A stretch of DNA of 64,000 nucleotides. Source: an uncultured Chitinophagaceae bacterium. GTDB taxonomy: Bacteria > Bacteroidota > Bacteroidia > Chitinophagales > JADJOU01. Made by a program: the position numbers and the translations under genes. Position 1 is the first letter of the stretch. Each line of letters begins with the position of its first letter. The stretch lies in contig CAYXKX010000001.1 of the NCBI GenBank assembly GCA_964465185.1, positions 16,585-80,584 on the forward strand, read 5' to 3'. Shown piece by piece: positions 20,384-28,248 of the stretch. The notes under the pieces are model-generated. The model worked only from the letters and a program-made list of their open reading frames with translations, did no database searches and was not told the DNA's origin.

Positions 20384-20476
20384 GGGGCGAAATTAATGCT
20401 TTTTAGCCACGAATTCACGAATTAATTCAACTAGAAACTCATTGGATTAGTTTATAAATTATAACGTCTAAAATGT

Positions 20477-21640
20477 TTAAGCATTAGCTATTCTAGGTTT
20501 AAAATATGACTGAATAACTATATAAAACCAAAGGAAGACTGGCATCAACGCGCGAAACCCCTTTGTATGTAGGATTTCATTCTTAAACTCCTTTGGATAT
20601 CCGTCTATTGATGGTAAAGCGGTAAACAACATATATAGAATTAAAAAACCATAGCTCAACTTGTTTTTTTCTTTTTCTATAAAATTCCACCAAATAGCCA
20701 CAGCTGTGGATGCAATAATAATAGTAGGCGATTCTGAGCTACTGTTAAAAATAAAACAGGTTAAAATGCCTAACACCAATAACTCATATTTCAAATTTTT
20801 ATAGATATAATTTTTGATGAAAAGAGAGAATAATATTACAAACCCGAAAAGTACGAAAAGCCATGATGAAATATTTGGATTGTAAAGGTTTTTTCTAAAA
20901 AGACCTGGCAATGAATAGTCAATCATAGGATTCAAATTTCTATTCAATGAGTCCTTTAAGTACAATGATTTAATCCATTCAATATAATTGTCTAATGTAT
21001 AATCCCAGCTCGAAAAAATAGCAGGAATAATAATTGCTATTGCAAGTCCAAAGCCGAAGCCAAAAATGAATTTCTTTCCTGGTTTCAGAGAATAAAACAA
21101 CAGGGAAACTATTGGAAAAAGCTTGATTGTGGAGAAAAATCCAGCCAAGCAACCAGATAAAAAAACGCGATTTCTTTCAATAAAAATAAATGCTATAATT
21201 ATTATACCCATCATAGCATTTGTGATTTCAAAAGATAACCCTGAGATATAAATGTCTTGAAAACAAATTATTATCCACGAATAGTAAAACCCTTTTCTCT
21301 TGCGGAAAATTTTATCTATGGCATAAATATAAATCGTTGCGTTAAACAAAACCCATAATACCTTGTCAAGATGAAAGTATATTTGAGAAAAAGGGGCTAC
21401 TATAAGAGAAAATGCTGGACCATAAAGGAGAAAATCAAAATACTCATCTGGGTAAGTTTTGTATAATGGCGCCATTTCTCTAAAATGAAAATAGGCTCCT
21501 TGGAAAATCTTAAAATTATTTTGATAGTTTTCAGCGGTTAGGGCTCCTACAATAGATAATATTAGCGCTAACCCAATACTTGTATTTCGTTCATTGTTGA
21601 GCAAATAAATCTTGCCAGATTTTATAATACTACCTAACAT
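20477..21640 (-). CDS. Polytopic membrane protein, tentatively a GT87/DUF2029-like glycosyltransferase
   Basis: About 10 predicted hydrophobic helices across 387 aa. It overlaps the idi stop by 11 nt. The family assignment is by general resemblance only. Confidence 0.5.
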   Translation of the reverse strand: MLGSIIKSGKIYLLNNERNTSIGLALILSIVGALTAENYQNNFKIFQGAYFHFREMAPLYKTYPDEYFDFLLYGPAFSLIVAPFSQIYFHLDKVLWVLFNATIYIYAIDKIFRKRKGFYYSWIIICFQDIYISGLSFEITNAMMGIIIIAFIFIERNRVFLSGCLAGFFSTIKLFPIVSLLFYSLKPGKKFIFGFGFGLAIAIIIPAIFSSWDYTLDNYIEWIKSLYLKDSLNRNLNPMIDYSLPGLFRKNLYNPNISSWLFVLFGFVILFSLFIKNYIYKNLKYELLVLGILTCFIFNSSSESPTIIIASTAVAIWWNFIEKEKNKLSYGFLILYMLFTALPSIDGYPKEFKNEILHTKGFRALMPVFLWFYIVIQSYFKPRIANA

Positions 21641-22133
21641 TTTTTAATATTTCCTTAAACCAGAAACTATAAAGTTCTGATTGATCTTCAATATCTTGGG
21701 ATAAACTATCTAAAGCAATCCATCTAATTGATTCTATTTCATTTGGATTAAAGGGAATCTCGCCATCAAATTGACCCTCATAGACCACATCGTACTCGTG
21801 TTCTATTAATCCTGTTTGTTCATCCTTTGCTTTATATATAAATCTATATACTTCTTTTAATGAACATGTTATGTTTAACTCTTCTTTGAGACGACGCTGG
21901 GCAGCATCTTGAAAATCTTCGTTTTCTCGAGGGTGAGAACAGACCGCATTGGACCAGATTAATGGCCAGTGATATTTGGTCTTGGCTCGCTGCTGGATGA
22001 GCATTTCTCCTTTGGAATTATAAAGCAAAATGGATATAGCGCGATGAAGTAAGCCCTTTTCGTGAGCTTCCATCTTAGGCATTAATCCTAAAACCTCGTT
22101 GTTTTCGTTAACTAATACTACCTTCTCTTCCAT
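21630..22133 (-). CDS. idi: Isopentenyl-diphosphate delta-isomerase, type 1 (Nudix fold)
   Basis: Conserved WSNAVCSHP (catalytic Cys) and IEHEYD (catalytic Glu) segments. I chose the ATG at 22133; the ORF track begins at a TTG at 22148. Confidence 0.85.
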   Translation of the reverse strand: MEEKVVLVNENNEVLGLMPKMEAHEKGLLHRAISILLYNSKGEMLIQQRAKTKYHWPLIWSNAVCSHPRENEDFQDAAQRRLKEELNITCSLKEVYRFIYKAKDEQTGLIEHEYDVVYEGQFDGEIPFNPNEIESIRWIALDSLSQDIEDQSELYSFWFKEILKNVR

Positions 22134-22152
22134 ATTTTTTGCCACCAAGGCA

Positions 22153-22677
22153 CTAAGATTGTTTTTTGAACCAGGAACTATACATCACATAATTGTTTGA
22201 AATGCGCTGGAGGGTTTCTTTTTGTAATTCTTCGTTGATGTCTTTAATTTTTTTAGCAGGCACTCCTGCCCACACCTCGCCTGTTTTTATATGTGTGCCC
22301 TCCGTCACCACTGATCCTGCGCCGACAATAGAATTTGATTCTACAACCGCATTATCCATTACGGTTGCTCCCATACCGATCAGCACATTGTCGAGGATGG
22401 TGCAGCCATGGACTATGGCCTTATGCCCAATAGACACATTGATTCCAATATTAGTAGGGCACTTTTGATAAGTACAATGAATAATTGCTCCATCCTGGAC
22501 ATTAACCTTGTTGCCCATCTTGATATAGTGGACATCTCCTCGAACAATAGCGTTGAACCATATACTACACTCCTCGCCCATTTCTACCTCTCCTACAATA
22601 GTACAATTGGGCGCAATAAAGCAAGAGTCTGGGATTTGAGGTGTTTTTCCCTGAACGGATAAAATTAGAGCGGACAT
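22153..22677 (-). CDS. Gamma-carbonic-anhydrase-like hexapeptide-repeat protein
   Basis: Left-handed beta-helix hexapeptide repeats with the typical start (..IPDSCFIAPNCTIVGEV) and C-terminal helix. Confidence 0.85.
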   Translation of the reverse strand: MSALILSVQGKTPQIPDSCFIAPNCTIVGEVEMGEECSIWFNAIVRGDVHYIKMGNKVNVQDGAIIHCTYQKCPTNIGINVSIGHKAIVHGCTILDNVLIGMGATVMDNAVVESNSIVGAGSVVTEGTHIKTGEVWAGVPAKKIKDINEELQKETLQRISNNYVMYSSWFKKQS

Positions 22678-22703
22678 ATTTTGCGAATAATTTTCATTAT
22701 TAA

Positions 22704-24266
22704 TTACGGTTGGGTAATTTTCATTAAATACCCCTTTTTCTTCGTTTCAAGCTTTATTGTTTCCAAAAACAGTTCTTCGGGTTGAATTTCCTTCTCAATA
22801 TCACCAGCAGTCCAAAGACCATCGTTATTGCTGTCAAGCAGAATATAAATTTTAACCTCATCTCCGTAGATATCTTTAAAAAGCAATTTAGGCTGTTTTT
22901 CAATTGATTTCCATTCATTTTCAATGAGATGATACAATTTTGCCATTCTATTGGAAGCCAAATCTGGGTCTAAGGTGATTGTTAGTTCATTGAAAAATTT
23001 ATCTTGCGGATAAGTAGTTAATGTATGGGTTATTGCCTTATTGTAGCTAGAATTAGAATATAGGGCTTGGCTATCGAGAATCAGTGTATATTCCTTACCG
23101 TGCTCCAAACCAGTGATTAAGAGGTTGTTTTTTTGAAATTGAACATTTGGTTTCACTTGATTTTCGCCTAATTTTAACTTAATCTTATTGATGTCGATTT
23201 TATTTATAAAAGCATTAAATGGAATCATAACGGTGTCTGGACGGACAAGTTTAGAGCTTCTTTCCCCAGTATTCGCCAACAAATCAAGATATAGACTAGG
23301 TTTGCTGGCGGGTAGTTCTATCGTTTCATATTTATCCAAATTATACTTTAATCGCAGGGGATTTGTTTGAACGCTTGTTTTAATAATTAGCTTTAGTTGG
23401 CGGGGTGACAAATTTATTAAAACATGCTCGGGGTCCGTCAAGCTAGGAAAATAGATATCTTCGCTCGCTGAAATATTAAACTCTGAGGAAGAAATGGGTG
23501 TAACAAAAAAGTTTGTTTTCTTTTGGCTTTGCTGGAATAATTTAATTTTACTTAATACATGGCCTACTTTAATGGGTTCTTTTATAAAACCGATAGCCTC
23601 TGTTTTATCCCAAATCATATTCATGTTTGAATCTATGAATGTAAAGACATAAAAAGACTCATTCGCTAGGTTAGAAAACTGGGCTAAGCCATCTTTGGAG
23701 GGAGCCACATAGCGATAATTTTTTCCGAAAAAGTCAGACTTTGTTTTTACAAGACAAACCTTTGCCATATCGCTCCATGCATTGGTTTTTGCATCGCTCA
23801 AACCAAAAGTTAGCTTTCCGGTATCTAGATATTTTCCCGTGCTAAAGGTTAGACTGTAGTATGGCAGAAGATTGCCTTCATTGTTATCCCTTATTGCATT
23901 GGTTAAATTGATGGAATAAGTTGTGTTCGATTTGAGACCTTCTTCGAAAGTGAAAATTGCCTTTTTCCCTAAAACGCGTGCGCTAGGCATTGTGGGCGAG
24001 TATGGAGATACAGCTACATTTGTTTGCGGAAGATTTAACTCTATGAATTCATCAAAATAAAAAATAAGTTTATTGTCTGAAAACTGGAGGCTTTTTTGTT
24101 CCGGATAGGTTTTTGTAACCGTTGGCGGGGCGCTATCTTTTGCTCCACCACTTGGCATGACTATAGTCGCGCATGAACAAATCATGAGTAGAAAACCAAA
24201 CCCTAGAATTATAAATATCGATTTCATTCCGACACAAAAGTAATTGAAAGTTGAAAGCGTTGCCAT
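22704..24266 (-). CDS. Ig-like-domain lipoprotein (unknown function)
   Basis: Lipoprotein signal MKSIFIILGFGFLLMICSC, so the true start is probably the second ATG at 24227. The N-terminal region PPTVTKTYPEQ resembles SbsA-type Ig-like domains. Confidence 0.6.
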   Translation of the reverse strand: MATLSTFNYFCVGMKSIFIILGFGFLLMICSCATIVMPSGGAKDSAPPTVTKTYPEQKSLQFSDNKLIFYFDEFIELNLPQTNVAVSPYSPTMPSARVLGKKAIFTFEEGLKSNTTYSINLTNAIRDNNEGNLLPYYSLTFSTGKYLDTGKLTFGLSDAKTNAWSDMAKVCLVKTKSDFFGKNYRYVAPSKDGLAQFSNLANESFYVFTFIDSNMNMIWDKTEAIGFIKEPIKVGHVLSKIKLFQQSQKKTNFFVTPISSSEFNISASEDIYFPSLTDPEHVLINLSPRQLKLIIKTSVQTNPLRLKYNLDKYETIELPASKPSLYLDLLANTGERSSKLVRPDTVMIPFNAFINKIDINKIKLKLGENQVKPNVQFQKNNLLITGLEHGKEYTLILDSQALYSNSSYNKAITHTLTTYPQDKFFNELTITLDPDLASNRMAKLYHLIENEWKSIEKQPKLLFKDIYGDEVKIYILLDSNNDGLWTAGDIEKEIQPEELFLETIKLETKKKGYLMKITQP

Positions 24267-24348
24267 GAATTCACGAATTTTTTATTCATTTAATCATAGA
24301 CTTAGATTTTATCAATTAAATAAAATGGATAAGCCACTCTAGCCTAGC

Positions 24349-26625
24349 CTATTTTAGCTTGTTCTTTAAGGCTAAAAGTTTTGCCTGAAAATCATCTAAA
24401 ACTTCTTCTTTATTGATTGGTAATGGCAAGTGTCCTGTGGCATTTTTGATTGGTTTCTTCAGGGGTGTGTGCCCACTTGTCTGGCTTTGCGAATTTTCTC
24501 CCTTCATTGAGAGTGCCACTCGATTTCTTTCATAATCGACCTCAGTAATCGTCACCATTACTTTTTGTCCCAATTTGACCACTTCGTTAGGATCTTTAAT
24601 AAACGTGTTGCTCATTTGTGAAATGTGAATCATGCCATCTTGTTTAACTCCAATATTGACAAAGGCCCCGAATTTCGTAATATTGGTGATAATTCCTGGC
24701 ACGGTCATTCCGTCTTTTAAATCACTTATTGTAGATATTCCGTCTGCAAAACGAAACTCCTCAATTGGCGAACGAGGATCGCGTCCCGGCTTTTCCAATT
24801 CCTTGAGAATATCGTTCAGTGTAAAAAGACCTACTTTTTCCGAAACATAGTTGTTTAAGTTGATTCTTTTTCTTGTTTCGCTTTGCCTGATTAAATCTTC
24901 CACTTTACAGTTTTGGTCCTTGGCCATTTTCTCTACAATATAATAAGATTCAGGATGAACGGACGAGTTATCTAAAATATTGCTTGAATTAATTATTCTT
25001 AAGAACCCCGCTGCTTGCTCAAAGGCTTTCGGTCCCAAACCTGTCACTTTTTTAAGTTCTTGCCTTGATTTAAGAGGACCATTGGTCTGCCGATAGTCCA
25101 CAATGTTTTTTGCCATATTGGCCGATAAACCCGACACATATGTTAGCAAATGCTTACTCGCTGAATTGACATCTACCCCTACAAAATTTACGCAACTCTC
25201 TACAACTAAGTCAAGTGAAGACTTTAGCTTAGGTTGGTTCACATCATGCTGGTATTGTCCTACTCCAATTGATTTAGGATCAATTTTAACTAATTCGCTC
25301 AATGGGTCTAGAAGTCGACGACCTATACTAATGGCTCCACGAATAGTCACATCTTTATCTGGGAACTCCTCACGCGCAACTTCGCTAGCCGAATAGATTG
25401 ACGCCCCGCTCTCATTGACCATGAAAATTGAAATGGCTTTGTCAAAATCAATACTGCGAACCAAGGTCTCTGTTTCTTTGCTCGCTGTTCCGTTACCATA
25501 ACCGATTGCTTCAATTTTATATTTATCCACTAAGTGGGCTATGGTCTCCTTGGACTGCGACCACTGATTTTGCGGGGCGTGAGGGAAAATAGTTTCATAA
25601 TATAAAAAATCTCCATACTCATCAATACAAACCAGCTTACATCCAGAGCGAAATCCTGGGTCAAGTGCTAGGACTCTTTTCTGACCCAGAGGTGACGCCA
25701 ATAAAAGCTGACGAAGGTTTTCAGAGAAAACACCAATAGCTTCTTCATCTGCTTTTTGTTTACTCAATAGTCGAAATTCGGTTTCAATTTGCATTTTTAA
25801 TAGTCTCGCATAGCCGTCTTCAATAGCCTCTGCCACTTGATTTGCTGCCTCAGTTTGATTTTTGACGAAGATTCTTTTCAGACTATCTTCAGCTAATTCT
25901 TTAGAAATATTGACGTCCATAGCGAGCAAGCCCTCCTTCTCGCCGCGGCGAATAGCTAGCAGTCTATGGGAGGGAGATTTTGCTAAAGGCTCTGAAAAAT
26001 CAAAATAATCTCTATATTTCTGTGCTTCCTCTGTTTCCTTTTTGGTTGAGAGGACTTTCGAAGAAAGAATGGCGCCTTCTTCAAACTGTTTGCGAATTGC
26101 ATTTCTCGCTCGGCTATCTTCTGTAATCCACTCTGCGATTATATCTCTGGCTCCTTGTAGAGCCTCGTTGCTGTCTTTTACTTGGTCATTGATAAATTTC
26201 TCAGCTTCTGTTATTATATCAAAACCTTCTTGTTCATACAACTTCTTCGCCAAAAGTTCTAGACCTTTTTCGATAGCCATAGTGGCGCGGGTCTTGCGCT
26301 TAGGTTTATATGGGAGATAAATATCTTCCAAAAGCGTTGCATTCATGCAAGCCTCAATCTTGGCCTTTAGTTCAGGAGTTAGTTTACCTTGTTCCTCTAT
26401 GCTTTTTAAAACAGCCAACTTGCGTTTGTCCAGTTCGGTATAGTAAAGAATCTTTTCTACCACATTGGCAATCTGCACTTCATCTAGATTTCCTGTAGCC
26501 TCTTTTCGATAGCGTGCTATAAAGGGAATAGAGCAGCCTTCGTCCACCAATAAAGATACCTGCTGGATTTGGCGCTCAGGGATTTGAATTTCTCTGGAAA
26601 TGTGGGCAAGGTAAACGGCTTCCAA
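24349..26625 (-). CDS. tex: Tex-like transcription accessory protein with C-terminal S1 RNA-binding domain
   Basis: VPFIARYRKE-type motif (IPFIARYRKEATG), YqgF/RuvC-like core (ALDPGFRSGCKL), HhH region and an S1 domain (GIITNITKFGAFVNIG). I placed the start at the TTG at 26625. The track's GTG at 26703 adds 26 residues that do not resemble Tex and overlaps an intergenic repeat. Confidence 0.9.
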   Translation of the reverse strand: MEAVYLAHISREIQIPERQIQQVSLLVDEGCSIPFIARYRKEATGNLDEVQIANVVEKILYYTELDKRKLAVLKSIEEQGKLTPELKAKIEACMNATLLEDIYLPYKPKRKTRATMAIEKGLELLAKKLYEQEGFDIITEAEKFINDQVKDSNEALQGARDIIAEWITEDSRARNAIRKQFEEGAILSSKVLSTKKETEEAQKYRDYFDFSEPLAKSPSHRLLAIRRGEKEGLLAMDVNISKELAEDSLKRIFVKNQTEAANQVAEAIEDGYARLLKMQIETEFRLLSKQKADEEAIGVFSENLRQLLLASPLGQKRVLALDPGFRSGCKLVCIDEYGDFLYYETIFPHAPQNQWSQSKETIAHLVDKYKIEAIGYGNGTASKETETLVRSIDFDKAISIFMVNESGASIYSASEVAREEFPDKDVTIRGAISIGRRLLDPLSELVKIDPKSIGVGQYQHDVNQPKLKSSLDLVVESCVNFVGVDVNSASKHLLTYVSGLSANMAKNIVDYRQTNGPLKSRQELKKVTGLGPKAFEQAAGFLRIINSSNILDNSSVHPESYYIVEKMAKDQNCKVEDLIRQSETRKRINLNNYVSEKVGLFTLNDILKELEKPGRDPRSPIEEFRFADGISTISDLKDGMTVPGIITNITKFGAFVNIGVKQDGMIHISQMSNTFIKDPNEVVKLGQKVMVTITEVDYERNRVALSMKGENSQSQTSGHTPLKKPIKNATGHLPLPINKEEVLDDFQAKLLALKNKLK

Positions 26626-26692
26626 GTTCTTAAATTTTAGGTGAGCGAAAATAATAAAAGTGGGGTCAAATAGTGTTTCTTTGTTTGTTGGT

Positions 26693-26867
26693 GGTTGGAA
26701 CACAAAGTTGCACGAAGCTTTTCACAGAGTTGCACGAAGTTTTACTGCAGAGTTGGCAAAATGCGCAAAGATTTATTAGAGGCATTTTCTCTATAAGACC
26801 ATTTAGCAAATTGAATCTACTTTGAGTAACTTTGTGCTTAGACTTTGAGAAACTTTGTGTTCCAACC
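26693..26867. repeat. Symmetric heptamer array bounded by a 17-bp perfect inverted repeat
   Basis: GGTTGGAACACAAAGTT (26693..26709) is the exact reverse complement of AACTTTGTGTTCCAACC (26851..26867). Inside are about 6 direct CAC(A/G)A(A/G)G-type units on the left and 4 CTTTG(T/A)G units on the right. The 12-mer AGTTGCACGAAG occurs twice (26706, 26728). Confidence 0.85.
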
Positions 26868-27073
26868 TTTTTTAGTCAGTTTTTATGATAAATTCTTTTA
26901 ATACATTAAATTTCTGGTAAAAAACAAACTCCTTTTCTATTATATCTACCTATACCAAACCGATTACTTCTATCCCGAACTTGCGGGACTCTAAGAGTAA
27001 TCAAGGGCTGTATATATTATTGTTTTATTTTAGAATTATGTATAATATAGCTTAGTTTTGCCATAAGATTATT

Positions 27074-27766
27074 ATGTCAGTCAGTATCAATAAATATATA
27101 GGTTCATCGGGTTACTGCTCGCGAAGAGAGGCGGATGTCCTCATCGACGAGGGCCGTGTAGAGCTCAATGGAAGACGCGCCACCAAAACGGATGAAGTCT
27201 ATGAGGGGGATGAAGTTGTGGTGGATGGTCTGCGAGTGCAACCTAAAAAGAAAATGACCTATATCGTTTTCAATAAGCCTGTAGGAGTGACCTGTACGAC
27301 GGATTTGAAAGATAAAACGAATATCATAGATTTTATCAATCACCCTAATCGGATTTTTCCTATAGGACGATTAGATAAAGATAGCTCTGGTTTAATTTTA
27401 CTTACTGACGACGGAGACATTGTTAATCATATTCTGCGGGAAGAAAACCATCATGAAAAAGAATATGTTGTATTTGTAAGACAGGGTATCGAAAAGGACT
27501 TTGCTCGTCAGATGAGTTCTGGTAAAATGATAATTGATAAAGTTCAAATTAAACCGTGTAAAATCAAGGTTTTGTCTAAGCACAGTTTTAGCATAACCTT
27601 AACTCAAGGGCTTAACCGACAAATCCGAAAAATGTGTTCCACGCTTGGTTATACCGTATATGATTTACAGCGAATCCGTATAATGAATATTCAACTCGGC
27701 AATCTCAAACTAGGGAAATGGCGAAATCTGAGTGAAGTGGAAGTCAAGGGGTTGATGGGTAAATGA
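27074..27766 (+). CDS. Pseudouridine synthase, RsuA/RluF family
   Basis: N-terminal S4 domain (GYCSRREADVLIDEGRVELNG) and catalytic motif GRLDKDSSGLILLTDDG. Confidence 0.85.
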   Translation: MSVSINKYIGSSGYCSRREADVLIDEGRVELNGRRATKTDEVYEGDEVVVDGLRVQPKKKMTYIVFNKPVGVTCTTDLKDKTNIIDFINHPNRIFPIGRLDKDSSGLILLTDDGDIVNHILREENHHEKEYVVFVRQGIEKDFARQMSSGKMIIDKVQIKPCKIKVLSKHSFSITLTQGLNRQIRKMCSTLGYTVYDLQRIRIMNIQLGNLKLGKWRNLSEVEVKGLMGK

Positions 27767-27787
27767 CCTGTTTTATCCTGAGTCAAA

Positions 27788-28201
27788 TTATTTGGCATTT
27801 ACATGGTGCTTTTTCCAATATTCTTTGCCATAGCTGCATAAGATTTCTTCTCCAGCCTTTATATTTCTCGTCGCTATCAGACAAACTTGTTTTCTATTCT
27901 TAAATGCGATTTTAGTATTGTTTTTGAGTGCCTCCCCTACTTTGCCTTTCGCATCATTGGCATATTTGGCGAATCCTTCCACTGGCTTACTGTCGAGAAT
28001 TCTGGCGGGCGATATATCTATAAAATATTGATCATCTCCTGAAGCTGCTCTGATATGCGCTTCTTTATTCGTGATGATTTCTCCTTTGTATATAGACACC
28101 ACTTCGTCTTTATATATTTTAATGGCTGTAAATAATCCCGTTCCAGCATTCGGAATGTTGGAGTCGCGAAGGTATAAATAATCTGATTCGTTAGTTTTCA
28201 T
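27788..28201 (-). CDS. Minimal SET-domain protein (putative lysine methyltransferase)
   Basis: 137 aa. GxG-type motif NIPNAGTGLFT, pseudoknot-region motifs YANDA and EEILCSYGKEYW. Confidence 0.75.
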   Translation of the reverse strand: MKTNESDYLYLRDSNIPNAGTGLFTAIKIYKDEVVSIYKGEIITNKEAHIRAASGDDQYFIDISPARILDSKPVEGFAKYANDAKGKVGEALKNNTKIAFKNRKQVCLIATRNIKAGEEILCSYGKEYWKKHHVNAK

Positions 28202-28248
28202 TGTGATTGATGATTAAAGGGGGTTTTTTGTTAAAGGGAAGTATTGCT

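Noticed and set aside
26626-26703. The 26-codon N-terminal extension of the tex ORF (GTG at 26703).
   Set aside because: The extension (MFQPPTNKETLFDPTFIIFAHLKFKN) has no counterpart in Tex proteins and runs into the intergenic inverted repeat. An in-frame TTG at 26625 yields an N-terminus that aligns with the usual distance to the VPFIARYRKE motif.
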